Of a stretch of DNA of 64,000 nt, positions 27,330 to 35,993 are shown in pieces. The notes under the pieces were generated by a model. That model saw only the letters and a program-made list of their open reading frames with translations, was not told the origin of the DNA and ran no database searches. The first letter of the stretch is position 1, and the number at the start of each line of letters is the position of its first letter. A program made the position numbers and the translations under genes. The DNA is from an uncultured Gammaproteobacteria bacterium (lineage in GTDB: Bacteria > Patescibacteriota > Microgenomatia > JAMCZE01): NCBI GenBank assembly GCA_964576435.1, contig CAZNUP010000002.1, forward strand, positions 107,302 to 171,301, given 5' to 3'.

Positions 27330-28949
27330 ATGAAATATATTGGCTATTGCCGAAAATCAACAGACGAAAAAGACAGACAGGTTTTGTCGATTGACGCACA
27401 AATTGCAGAACTCAAAGAATTTGCTCAGCGTGAACGCTTAGATGTTGTGGATTTTGTTGTTGAGGCAAAGACTGCCAAAGAACCGGGCAGGGAAAAATTT
27501 GCCGAAGTCTTGAAAAGAATTGAAAAAGACGAAGCACAAGGTATCCTTAGCTGGCATCCAGACAGACTTGCAAGGAATTCCGTGGATGGTGGGAGAGTGA
27601 TCTATCTTTTGGACACCGGGAAACTTTTGGATCTCAAATTTCCTTCATTTTGGTTCCAGAACACCCCTCAAGGCAAATTCATGCTCGGAATGGCCTTCAA
27701 TCAGAGCAAATATTATGTGGATTCCTTATCTGAAAATGTCAAAAGGGGAATCAGACAAAAACTTCGGCAGGGAATTTGGCCCAAACAAGCGCCGCTTGGC
27801 TACAAAAACAATCCCAAGACTAAAGGAATTGACATTGACTCCGAAACTGCACCTGTTGTCAAAAGAGCTTTCGCTCTTTTTGCCCAAGGCAACAAATCTT
27901 TCACTGAAATTGCCGATTTTTTCTTGAAGCATGGGATCACAGGAAAAACCGGGAAGAGATTACATTTGTCCGAAACCAAGAGACTACTGGGGAAAACTTT
28001 CTATATTGGCCATTTCAAATTTGGTGGTGAGCTTTATCAAGGAAGCCATAAGTGTTTTATCTCAAAATCCACTTTTCAAAAAGTTCAAGAGAGGCTGAAG
28101 AAAATTGAGCGACCAAGAAGGAAAGGCCACAATTTTCCTCTCGTTGGAATCGCTAAGTGTGGAGAATGTGGTGGTGCAATAACTGCCGAATCTCATCCCA
28201 GATTCTATCCCCGAACGGGAAGAAAAGTGGATTTTGTCTATTACCGCTGCACGAAAAAATTTGGCACATGCTCTCAGCGCTACACTCCGGCAGTAGATTT
28301 TGAGTCACAACTTGAAGAGTTGTTGTTTTCTGCATCTCTGCCAAATTCCTGGCAGAAAAAATGGAAAGATTGGTTGGATCGGGATGAAAAACTGGCGAAA
28401 GAATCCGCAGAGAAAAACCTGGCTGGTTATCAAGTCAGGATTGCTGACTTAGACAAAAAACAAAATCTACTGCTAGATACTTTCTTAGAGGGGACAATTG
28501 ATGAGGGAATGTTCAAAACGAAAAAGAACGAAATGTTTGAGAGAAAACAGAAACTTGAAGAAGAACTTTTGCAAGTGAAAGCTAGTGGCGCAGGTTGGCT
28601 CGAACCAATGAAAGACTTCATGGAAACGGCTTCACAGCTGGAAAAAATCGCGCGCGCAAAAAATTCCAGCGAAGATTTGCGAAACTTCGCCAAAAAGGTC
28701 GGCTCGAACTACTTTTTACAGGATCAGCAGCTCAGCGCGGTTTTGAAACAGCCCTTTGCGGCGCTCCGCGCGGTTGCGGGCGCGCGGATCGCCGCCCCTT
28801 CTTGTGAGTCTGTGTCTCTCTGTGCAGGGGCGGAAAGAATCGAACTTTCGTTGCGGGTTTTGGAGACTCGCGTCCTACCACTGAACGACGCCCCTTTATC
28901 CTGTTATTTTATCATTTTTATATGTTGGTGGTATAATCTATTTGTTTAA
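27330..28949 (+). CDS. Large serine recombinase (resolvase/invertase N-domain, recombinase domain and zinc ribbon)
   Basis: MKYIGYCRKSTDEKDRQVLSIDAQ (catalytic Ser region). ...ILSWHPDRLARN. Zinc ribbon CGECGG...YYRC. The track ORF opens at 27138 (no upstream stop); the Met at 27330 is preferred. The last ~80 codons read through repeat B' and the antisense tRNA-Trp before the first stop at 28950. Confidence 0.8.
   Translation: MKYIGYCRKSTDEKDRQVLSIDAQIAELKEFAQRERLDVVDFVVEAKTAKEPGREKFAEVLKRIEKDEAQGILSWHPDRLARNSVDGGRVIYLLDTGKLLDLKFPSFWFQNTPQGKFMLGMAFNQSKYYVDSLSENVKRGIRQKLRQGIWPKQAPLGYKNNPKTKGIDIDSETAPVVKRAFALFAQGNKSFTEIADFFLKHGITGKTGKRLHLSETKRLLGKTFYIGHFKFGGELYQGSHKCFISKSTFQKVQERLKKIERPRRKGHNFPLVGIAKCGECGGAITAESHPRFYPRTGRKVDFVYYRCTKKFGTCSQRYTPAVDFESQLEELLFSASLPNSWQKKWKDWLDRDEKLAKESAEKNLAGYQVRIADLDKKQNLLLDTFLEGTIDEGMFKTKKNEMFERKQKLEEELLQVKASGAGWLEPMKDFMETASQLEKIARAKNSSEDLRNFAKKVGSNYFLQDQQLSAVLKQPFAALRAVAGARIAAPSCESVSLCAGAERIELSLRVLETRVLPLNDAPLSCYFIIFICWWYNLFV
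28712..28827 (-). repeat. Repeat B', inverted copy of B. It ends 3 nt inside the 3' end of tRNA-Trp.
   Basis: Reverse complement of 27152..27257 at about 95% identity by eye. Direct similarity to the tRNA-Tyr flank (40878..41011) starts at 28684. Confidence 0.6.
28825..28895 (-). tRNA. tRNA-Trp (anticodon CCA)
   Basis: Manual fold. Acceptor AGGGGCG/CGCCCCT. D-stem GTTC/GGAC. Anticodon loop CU-CCA-AA. T-arm GAAAG-TTCGATT-CTTTC. No encoded CCA. Confidence 0.8.
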
Positions 28950-28997
28950 TAGAAAGAGAAAGTAAGCTTCTTTTAAATTTTTACTTCTTTTGAATAT

Positions 28998-29804
28998 ATG
29001 GATAGTGGAAAAGTTTCAGCAGAACTTTTTGTTCCTGTTGATGGAAATGAAATTTTAAAACAAACGCTTGAGAGAGTTAATACTTCTGTTGAAGTTAAGA
29101 CTTTATGGCGAATCATGAATGTCAATGCAATTGAAAGACTAGGGATGACAGATCATGGTCAGGTGCATTTTCAAATTGTTGCTAATTCAGCCCTTCGAAT
29201 TTTAAGACTTCTTAGGAACCACCACATAGAAGCATCAATAACAAAGAATTTTGAGCTTGATTTTAGATATGCCGAGGTCGTAGTCTTTCTTGCTAGTGTT
29301 TGCCATGATCTGGGGATGTCTGTTTCAAGAGAGGGACATGAAGAATTTAGTCTTTTTTTGACAAATGAGATTTTACACAAACTTTTGGATTTTTTACCAG
29401 AAGAAGAAAGAACAATTGTGATTTCAGAAACACTGCATGCAATTATTTCTCATAGAGCAGGGGGCAGGCCTTTGACAATTGAAGCTGGGGTGGTTCGGAT
29501 TGCTGACTCACTTGATATGACAAAGGGTAGGACAAGAGTATCTTATGAAGCCGGGAAATTTGATATTCATAGTGTGTCAGCTAATGCGATTGAACAAGTT
29601 GATATTGGGGAAGGGAAAGAATTTCCGATTGAAATTAAAATTATGATGACAAATCCAGCGGGGATTTTTCAAGTGGATGAGCTGATGGGATCAAAACTTG
29701 CTAAGAGTGGAATTGAGAGCTATGTGCATGTAAATGTATTTTTGGAAAACGATGGGAAGAGGAAATTGTTTAAGAGTTATGGTGATCCTGTATCGCCAGC
29801 TTAA
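28998..29804 (+). CDS. HD-domain phosphohydrolase family protein
   Basis: HGQVHFQIV ... CHDLGM ... (H..HD..D pattern). Confidence 0.55.
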   Translation: MDSGKVSAELFVPVDGNEILKQTLERVNTSVEVKTLWRIMNVNAIERLGMTDHGQVHFQIVANSALRILRLLRNHHIEASITKNFELDFRYAEVVVFLASVCHDLGMSVSREGHEEFSLFLTNEILHKLLDFLPEEERTIVISETLHAIISHRAGGRPLTIEAGVVRIADSLDMTKGRTRVSYEAGKFDIHSVSANAIEQVDIGEGKEFPIEIKIMMTNPAGIFQVDELMGSKLAKSGIESYVHVNVFLENDGKRKLFKSYGDPVSPA

Positions 29805-30792
29805 TCAATTCGTCTACTAGTTTCTCTTGTGATAGACCACTTGCTTCCCAAAGTTTTGGATACATGCTGGAGTTTGTGAACCCAGGGATTGTATTTAATT
29901 CATTTACTAATATTTTCCCATTTGGAGTTAGGAAGAAATCAACTCTCGCCATTCCTTCACAGCACAGGACTTTGAAGACTTTAATCGCAAGGTTCTGAAA
30001 TTCCTTTATTTTTTCTTTAGATAACTTTGCAGCAGGAATATCTATTTTTAGACTTTTACCGTCAATATATTTAGCTTCATAGTCATACCAATCGTGGGAG
30101 GTTATGACCTCCCCAGGAAGTGAGGCCTTAGGGTCTTTATTGCCCACGACTGAAACTTCAATTTCTCGACCTTTGATTTCCTCTTCAATAATTATTTTTC
30201 GATCATAGGAAAAAGCCGATTTTAAAGCTGAATTTAGCTCTTTTATATCTTCCACTTTAGAAACACCGACTGACGAACCCATGTTGGCTGGTTTAACAAA
30301 AATAGGGAAGGGTATATTAATTTTTTCTTTTATATGTGTTATTGTTTGGAATTTGGCAATTGGTAAACCAGCTTCTTTTAAAAGACGTTTTTGGACATCT
30401 TTATCCATTCCAATAGCAGATCCCAGGACACCTGCTCCCACAAATGGGATACCTGTGAGTTTTAGGAGGCCTTGAACAGTTCCATCTTCGCCATTCGGAC
30501 CATGGAGTATTGGAAAAACTACATCAACAGCAGCACCTTTTTTAGATGACAACTCTTGGGGATCGAATTTTAGTGAATTTGAAGTTACCACTGCTTTGAA
30601 GTCGGATTTTTGCTCTAGTAACTTTGAGGAGTCCAATTTGTGCCATGATCCAGATTTATCAATTCCTATAAGAGTGATTTCATATTTATCTTTTCTTAAG
30701 GAAAAAAAGATATTTTTCGCTGATTGGATAGATACTTCGTGCTCTGCTGATTTGCCACCAAAGAGAAGTGCCACTTTGATTTTTGACTTCAC
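29770..30792 (-). CDS. ddl: D-alanine--D-alanine ligase
   Basis: VALLFGGKSAEHEVSIQSA...ILHGPNGEDGTVQGLL...ATP-grasp...NELNTIPGFT. The 3' end overlaps the convergent HD gene by 35 nt. Confidence 0.85.
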   Translation of the reverse strand: MKSKIKVALLFGGKSAEHEVSIQSAKNIFFSLRKDKYEITLIGIDKSGSWHKLDSSKLLEQKSDFKAVVTSNSLKFDPQELSSKKGAAVDVVFPILHGPNGEDGTVQGLLKLTGIPFVGAGVLGSAIGMDKDVQKRLLKEAGLPIAKFQTITHIKEKINIPFPIFVKPANMGSSVGVSKVEDIKELNSALKSAFSYDRKIIIEEEIKGREIEVSVVGNKDPKASLPGEVITSHDWYDYEAKYIDGKSLKIDIPAAKLSKEKIKEFQNLAIKVFKVLCCEGMARVDFFLTPNGKILVNELNTIPGFTNSSMYPKLWEASGLSQEKLVDELIKLAIQDHHNS

Positions 30793-30829
30793 AGAGAGAA
30801 AGTATAGCGCTTTTGCTAGAATTGAACAA

Positions 30830-32008
30830 ATGAAGAAATTTGGAATGAAATTGCTTTTGGGCTATCTCAGGCTTTTATCTGATTTTCAGCTTTGGAAGAT
30901 GGACCATAAACATATAATTGGAATTACTGGATCAGCGGGGAAGTCATCTGCAAGGGAAGCAATTTATGCTGTTTTAAAAGATAAGTATAAAGTTAAGTCT
31001 GGTCACAAAAGTTTAAATACGGAAATTGGATTACCGACTGATGTTCTGGGATTTGATGAATTTTCCTGGAAGGTTGTTATTTTTGCCCCATTTAAAATTC
31101 TCTTCGATTGGAAAAAATATGATGTGTATATAGCTGAAATGGGAGTTGATAAGCCAGGGGATATGGATTATTTGATTTCAATTGTGCTTCCAGATATTGG
31201 AGTGTTTTTGAATGTCTTACCTGTGCACACTTTTAATTTTCCAGATGGTCTTTCTGGAATCTCCAAAGAGAAAGGGAAACTTGTTATGGCATCTAAGATT
31301 GATGTTTTAAATGCCGACGATCCAAACGTAATTAAGTTTAAGGATAGTCATTCGATTACGTTTGGTAAACAGGGTCAAATTAAGCCGTTTGTAATTAAAA
31401 AAGATGGCTTTTTATTTACTGAAGATTATGGATACACCTTTGCGGCTGCGGCTGCGGTAGGTGAGATTCTTGGAATAAGTTTTGAACAATCTAAAAAGAA
31501 CTTAGAAAAAAATTTGGTCTTGCCTCCTGGTCGGATGAGTGTTTTTGAAGGAATCAATGGGAGTACAATTATTGACTCAACATATAACTCTAGTAGGGTG
31601 CCAGCAATTGCTGCTTTGAAGGCTCTTAAAAAGTATCCTGGGAAGCGGAAAATAGCAGTTCTTGGGGATATGAGGGAGCTTGGGGATTTAGCGGAAGAGG
31701 AGCACAAACTGGTTATAAAAGAAGCACTTTTGGATGCTGATTTAATTTATAGTTTTGGGCCGCTTACAGAAAAATATTTCCCTTTGAATGAAAAAATAAA
31801 GAAGTTTAATAAGATGGGAGAGTTAATTGAAGAAGTAAAACAGCAAGTAAAAGATGGAGATGTAATTTTAGTTAAGGGGTCGCAAAATACAATATTTTTA
31901 GAAAGATTGGTGGAGGCACTTTTAAAAGATAGGGAAGATGAGAAAAGACTAGCAAGAAGGGGTAAGTTTTGGGAAGAAAAAAGAAATCAAACTCCTAAAG
32001 TCCTATAG
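30830..32008 (+). CDS. murF: UDP-N-acetylmuramoyl-tripeptide--D-alanyl-D-alanine ligase (MurF)
   Basis: GITGSAGKSS P-loop, NTEIGLP, Mur ligase C-domain. The Met at 30830 (MKKFGM...) is preferred over the track start at 30596, which would overlap ddl. Divergent from ddl. Confidence 0.8.
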   Translation: MKKFGMKLLLGYLRLLSDFQLWKMDHKHIIGITGSAGKSSAREAIYAVLKDKYKVKSGHKSLNTEIGLPTDVLGFDEFSWKVVIFAPFKILFDWKKYDVYIAEMGVDKPGDMDYLISIVLPDIGVFLNVLPVHTFNFPDGLSGISKEKGKLVMASKIDVLNADDPNVIKFKDSHSITFGKQGQIKPFVIKKDGFLFTEDYGYTFAAAAAVGEILGISFEQSKKNLEKNLVLPPGRMSVFEGINGSTIIDSTYNSSRVPAIAALKALKKYPGKRKIAVLGDMRELGDLAEEEHKLVIKEALLDADLIYSFGPLTEKYFPLNEKIKKFNKMGELIEEVKQQVKDGDVILVKGSQNTIFLERLVEALLKDREDEKRLARRGKFWEEKRNQTPKVL

Positions 32009-32034
32009 TTAGGTTAATTTGATATAATCACTTC

Positions 32035-32454
32035 ATGAAATATATTCCTGGTCCAGAGATGGCTGTTTTTTATGATTCTAGCTATTCTACAATTTGTTAC
32101 GGTTCTTTTTCCTTGGGTTCCGGGACAGAGGAGAGAGAAGTTAAGTTTTTTCCGGAATCCAGACGATTGGTTGTTTGGGGTGGAGGAACAGTTGAGGGGG
32201 ATATTGTTGATCAGAACGGAGCGGTTAGTGATAGGGTTATCCTAGAAGATCGAAAAGAAAAGCCTCGAAAAGAGCAAAGGGAACATGGATTGGTCCGCTT
32301 AAATACTAATCCTTATAATGGACAGGGATTGAATAATCCTGGTGTATGGGAGGAATGTTCATTTCTTCCTGGGGTACGTGTCATGTGGTTACCTAATGGT
32401 GAATTCGATAAAAATAAGATTGACGGATATTTTGATAGCGAGAGGTTTATTTGA
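32035..32454 (+). CDS. Hypothetical protein
   Basis: ORF track. Confidence 0.3.
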   Translation: MKYIPGPEMAVFYDSSYSTICYGSFSLGSGTEEREVKFFPESRRLVVWGGGTVEGDIVDQNGAVSDRVILEDRKEKPRKEQREHGLVRLNTNPYNGQGLNNPGVWEECSFLPGVRVMWLPNGEFDKNKIDGYFDSERFI

Positions 32455-32470
32455 GATCAAGAGAAGTGGG

Positions 32471-32644
32471 CTATTTAAGCTTTTCGTTTTCTTTGTGTTC
32501 AGTGTGCTTTTTGCAGTGTTTGCAATACTTCTTGCGAGTTAGTTTGTCCTTATTCTCAATCTTATTTTTAGTCGTGACATAATTGCGGTTTCCACAAACC
32601 GTGCAGATGAAGCCAAACTTGATTGTCGCGTCTTTTGCTGCCAT
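32471..32644 (-). CDS. rpmG: 50S ribosomal protein L33
   Basis: [28 protein letters not shown]...[15 protein letters not shown] (C4 zinc ribbon). The start is taken at the internal Met (MAAKD...). Confidence 0.8.
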   Translation of the reverse strand: MAAKDATIKFGFICTVCGNRNYVTTKNKIENKDKLTRKKYCKHCKKHTEHKENEKLK

Positions 32645-32692
32645 GTGACTTGAATTATACCTGATTATGGTCCGGAAATCAAAGATGGTAAA

Positions 32693-33148
32693 ATGCGTCC
32701 CATGACGCATTTGACTAATCTAAGAGTAAACTTGGAAACTGAAAAAAATCGCCTTTTGCAGAAACTTAAACAGGAAGAAGAAATTCGGGATTCGGCTCCT
32801 TCAGCCATGGAATCACATTCCGATACGACAAGGCACAGATATGAGGAGTCTGTGCGCAATCTAAAAAATAAAATTGATGAAATAGACCAGTGTTTAAAGA
32901 TTGTTCCGAAGAGTATTCACTCTAATGCTGTCGCTGTTCTTTGGAGTAAAGTAATTTTGGAAACTAATAATCAAAGACAGGAATTTATTCTGGTACCAGA
33001 TGGTATTGGAGGAAGAAAACTTGATAATGGCATTGTTCTTCTTTCAACCTCATCTCCACTTGGAAAGGTGGTATTAGATAAACGATTAGGTGACACATTT
33101 ACTTTTAATCAGAAGAAATTCACTGTACTAGCGGTGACTGATGAATGA
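32693..33148 (+). CDS. GreA/GreB-family-like protein (coiled-coil N-terminus, FKBP-like C-domain)
   Basis: C-terminal [22 protein letters not shown] matches the GreA C-domain motif S.SPlGkALlGk..GD. Confidence 0.5.
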   Translation: MRPMTHLTNLRVNLETEKNRLLQKLKQEEEIRDSAPSAMESHSDTTRHRYEESVRNLKNKIDEIDQCLKIVPKSIHSNAVAVLWSKVILETNNQRQEFILVPDGIGGRKLDNGIVLLSTSSPLGKVVLDKRLGDTFTFNQKKFTVLAVTDE

Positions 33149-33839
33149 TTTCTTCGGTAATTGAGCTGGCTAAAGAATCCATGTATTGACCTATTTTTTC
33201 TCGAGGCATACTTTCAATTTGTAATTCGTGCCAGTTAATACTGCGTCCATATGCTTGTTTGAGTTTGTTTACTGTTTTTATATAACAATTAATCCTGGTT
33301 TCGTTTGCAGCGACTGTCTTTGGGTCATTGGTCGAATCAAGTCCTCTTTTTATAAGTCTAGCATGTAAATCTTCTGCTGAGGATTTAAGGACTATTTGAT
33401 TTCTTGGGATTACATTTGCATTAAGCACTCCTGATAATATTAATCTTTCTGTCATTTCATAAACTTTGCTCGATCTTTCGGCTAAACAAAAAGCGATTGG
33501 GCGTATTTGAGACGAATTCATGATAACCCATTTACCTTCCTGAAGTGCTGGAAGAATTATTTCTGAAAAGTTTCTTCTGAAAGCTCCGAGATAGAACTTG
33601 TTTATAATTTCAGGGTCAAGTGAGTATCCACCTATTTTTTTGAACCTATCATAAAGATTCCCAGCACTATGACTGGTTTCGAATAAATTTGGAGCACATA
33701 CGACAACCCTCTCGTTTGTTTTGTACTGTAGGTTTCTTGCTAAGTGTGTTGATAAAGTGTCTTTTCCGGACCCATCGGGTCCATCGATACCAATTAATTT
33801 ATTATGGGGATAAACCGAAATTTCCGCTGTTGTGTTCAT
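33120..33839 (-). CDS. P-loop nucleoside/nucleotide kinase (deoxynucleoside kinase / dTMP-kinase-like)
   Basis: LIGIDGPDGSGKDTLS Walker A in the dNK/Tmk style. The ATG overlaps the stop of the upstream radical-SAM gene (ATGA). Confidence 0.5.
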   Translation of the reverse strand: MNTTAEISVYPHNKLIGIDGPDGSGKDTLSTHLARNLQYKTNERVVVCAPNLFETSHSAGNLYDRFKKIGGYSLDPEIINKFYLGAFRRNFSEIILPALQEGKWVIMNSSQIRPIAFCLAERSSKVYEMTERLILSGVLNANVIPRNQIVLKSSAEDLHARLIKRGLDSTNDPKTVAANETRINCYIKTVNKLKQAYGRSINWHELQIESMPREKIGQYMDSLASSITEEIIHQSPLVQ

Positions 33840-34927
33840 GGGTAAATATTGGTGGACATGTTTTTATATGATTGAGATATTTCATGTGGGACGCTGCCAG
33901 GTTTATCGGTCAAGAGAAGGAACTCGTCGATGGAAAATCTCGTTTTTCCCTCAGTGGCTACATCTAAACATGTTCCAACCTGGCCGTTTTCGATTCGTAG
34001 TCCGTAGAATTTCTCTCGACACTCATCGGTCCCTTTTAATGGGCATTGATCGCACATGTTTGGTATATAAATCTCTCCGAACTCTTTCACTCTAAAATTG
34101 CCGAAATTTGATATATAATTTTTTCCAGAGCCACTGCTGTCGCCGATGGCTTTGTCTATTGAAATGAGTTGTGCTCCTGACCGTGTTATTACTTCACCAA
34201 GGACTATGTCAGAGGCATCTTTGTGATTCAAATTTCTTTGTAGGCGGCATTTTATACCTAGTTTGTGACATAGTTTTATGATGTTGATTGTTGTATCTGC
34301 ATCGCGTACGACGGTATTGGCTGCTATTTTTAGTGAGGATGTCGCGCTGTATTCTGCAGCTGCTTCTAGATTCGTTTGCTTGTTTTTTAAGCGGGTAGCT
34401 GCATAATTAAGTGCAATATCATGTGAGTTATTTCTAGCTAGCCCTTGAGCAATCAAGTCCATTGCTAAATATTCTTCACACGTTAATGCGTGTAAGGAAA
34501 AGTTGATTTTATCGATACCGGAGGTCATGATATTTTTGAATATTTTGGGGGCAATTTCTCCGTTAGTTGTCATCCCTACAACAACACCAGATTGCTTAAA
34601 TGCCGAAATTATTTCGACAATTTCAGGATGAATGGTTGGTTCACCTCCAGTCAAATGAACATGTGAGTTTCCTATTTTTTTAGCAACCTCAGCCACTTTT
34701 GGTACATCAGTAACTCTGAAGGGGTGGGTCAAGCGTTCAACAAGGGGAAGACTTTTGGATCTTTTCATCCAATCACTGAGAATGGGATTTAGGGTTCCAT
34801 CTTTATCTTTTGCTGTGTTGCCTTCAAGATGACAAAAGTCGCATCCAGATTGGCAGGATGTTGTCATGATGAGTCTAATATCTCCGCCGGATTTGTACCG
34901 CATTGTGGGATTGAATTCGGCATTCAT
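33836..34927 (-). CDS. Radical SAM enzyme, MoaA-like architecture (CxxxCxxC plus a C-terminal auxiliary Cys cluster)
   Basis: TTSCQSGCDFCH. HLTGGEPTIHPEI. MTTNGE. GIDKINFSLHAL. C-terminal CDQC...C...C. Confidence 0.7.
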   Translation of the reverse strand: MNAEFNPTMRYKSGGDIRLIMTTSCQSGCDFCHLEGNTAKDKDGTLNPILSDWMKRSKSLPLVERLTHPFRVTDVPKVAEVAKKIGNSHVHLTGGEPTIHPEIVEIISAFKQSGVVVGMTTNGEIAPKIFKNIMTSGIDKINFSLHALTCEEYLAMDLIAQGLARNNSHDIALNYAATRLKNKQTNLEAAAEYSATSSLKIAANTVVRDADTTINIIKLCHKLGIKCRLQRNLNHKDASDIVLGEVITRSGAQLISIDKAIGDSSGSGKNYISNFGNFRVKEFGEIYIPNMCDQCPLKGTDECREKFYGLRIENGQVGTCLDVATEGKTRFSIDEFLLLTDKPGSVPHEISQSYKNMSTNIYP

Positions 34928-34963
34928 ATAAATATAATATCCTATAGTTTTAAATATGTCAAT

Positions 34964-35413
34964 TTATTCTACTTTTAGAATTTTGATCTTTTTATCCGGG
35001 ATTATGTCTCCTTGCTTTTTCCCCTGGATGGCTTTACCTATAGGTGATTCAGGGGTGACAAGTGTAATGCCGTGAAGATCGACCATTGTATTTGTAAAGT
35101 AGAATGTGAGGGTGTCTCTATCTTTCCCAATACCTTGTTCAATTTCAACATAACAGATGGGTGAAACTGTTTCTGAGACCTCGTCAGTAGTGGCATCTAA
35201 AGAAGTATGGAGGAGCTGTAAGCGTTTATGTCTTGCCTCATTTAATGCAGCATGAAGCTCTGTTGATTCTCGGTCGCCAGAAGAAGATTTAGAGGTGGAA
35301 GCTGCATTAGAAAATTCATTAGCTTCTAGGCGTGCTCGGGTCGACCCAGTTGATGACCTGTCAAGTGCAGCCGCCACTATCCTTTGTAAAGTTTTTTTCC
35401 TTTCTGAATCCAT
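34964..35413 (-). CDS. GreA-family-like protein, second paralog
   Basis: C-terminal ITLVTPESPIGKAIQGKKQGDII...KILKV matches the GreA C-domain. Confidence 0.5.
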   Translation of the reverse strand: MDSERKKTLQRIVAAALDRSSTGSTRARLEANEFSNAASTSKSSSGDRESTELHAALNEARHKRLQLLHTSLDATTDEVSETVSPICYVEIEQGIGKDRDTLTFYFTNTMVDLHGITLVTPESPIGKAIQGKKQGDIIPDKKIKILKVE

Positions 35414-35504
35414 AAGAAGAGAAATTATATAAACTTTTATTTAAAAAGACTAGTTTTAATAAAATATCAACCTTTAGTCCGTAGTCACTTTTTTTGCACA
35501 ATAA

Positions 35505-35521
35505 AGCCCGGTTTCCCGGGC
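35505..35521 (-). terminator. Hairpin AGCCCGG-ttt-CCGGGCT immediately after the stop of ORF 35527..35742
   Basis: Read directly from the sequence. The following U-tract is weak. Confidence 0.3.
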
Positions 35522-35526
35522 TAAGT

Positions 35527-35742
35527 TTAGCTATTTCTTCTCAACCTAGATCTTCGGGGAGTATGCTCATTGTCTTTCCTTTGATGTGTAGCCTTGTGAA
35601 TGGCCCTGTCGGCTAGTAGTGCTCGATCAAAAACACCAACTCTTCTACGAGGAGTGTTTTGCGTTGTAATTCGATCTTTATCTTCAGATCGAACAGTCGT
35701 GGTTGGAGTTGCTCCGCTTCTTTCGCGAGTGAAATTAAACAT
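35527..35742 (-). CDS. Small Arg-rich basic protein (71 aa), hypothetical
   Basis: SD AGGGTGGTGA 6-8 nt upstream. Hairpin after the stop. Composition like a nucleic-acid-binding or ribosomal-type protein, but no family recognised. Confidence 0.3.
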   Translation of the reverse strand: MFNFTRERSGATPTTTVRSEDKDRITTQNTPRRRVGVFDRALLADRAIHKATHQRKDNEHTPRRSRLRRNS

Positions 35743-35890
35743 TACTTATCTCACCACCCTTCTGAAATAATAAAAAAACCGTAAAGTTTTTACGATTTTA
35801 TCGACATGTTTTACAAGTCGAACTTATTAGTTTAACTATGGGGAGTTTAGACCCTGAGAAGAATATGTGTCAAGGCTTAAATCAAAATAA

Positions 35891-35965
35891 TGGAGCCTGA
35901 GAAGGGAATCGGACCCTTGACCTCTTCCTTACCAAGGAAGCGTTCTGCCACTGAACTACCCAGGC
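35891..35965 (-). tRNA. tRNA-Thr (anticodon GGT), CCA encoded
   Basis: Manual fold. Acceptor GCCTGGG/CTCAGGC. Anticodon arm CTTCC-TTGGTAA-GGAAG. T-arm AAGGG-TCCGATT-CCCTT, with C at position 55. Confidence 0.8.
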
Positions 35966-35993
35966 GTTTAATGCACATTATCTGGGAAAGTCA

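Larger units (their letters stand above)
25500..28827. mobile_element. Putative integrative/invertible element at the 3' end of tRNA-Trp: A - [2 cargo genes] - A'B - [serine recombinase] - B' - tRNA-Trp
   Basis: Two IR pairs. GC-rich against an AT-rich background. The recombinase is the only mobility gene. The element abuts and overlaps a tRNA 3' end. Confidence 0.45.

Noticed and set aside
33836-34927. Calling the radical-SAM enzyme a prokaryotic viperin (pVip)
   Set aside because: The motif spacing and C-terminal auxiliary Cys cluster look MoaA-like rather than viperin-like. The kinase adjacency is suggestive but insufficient. Kept as a hypothesis only.
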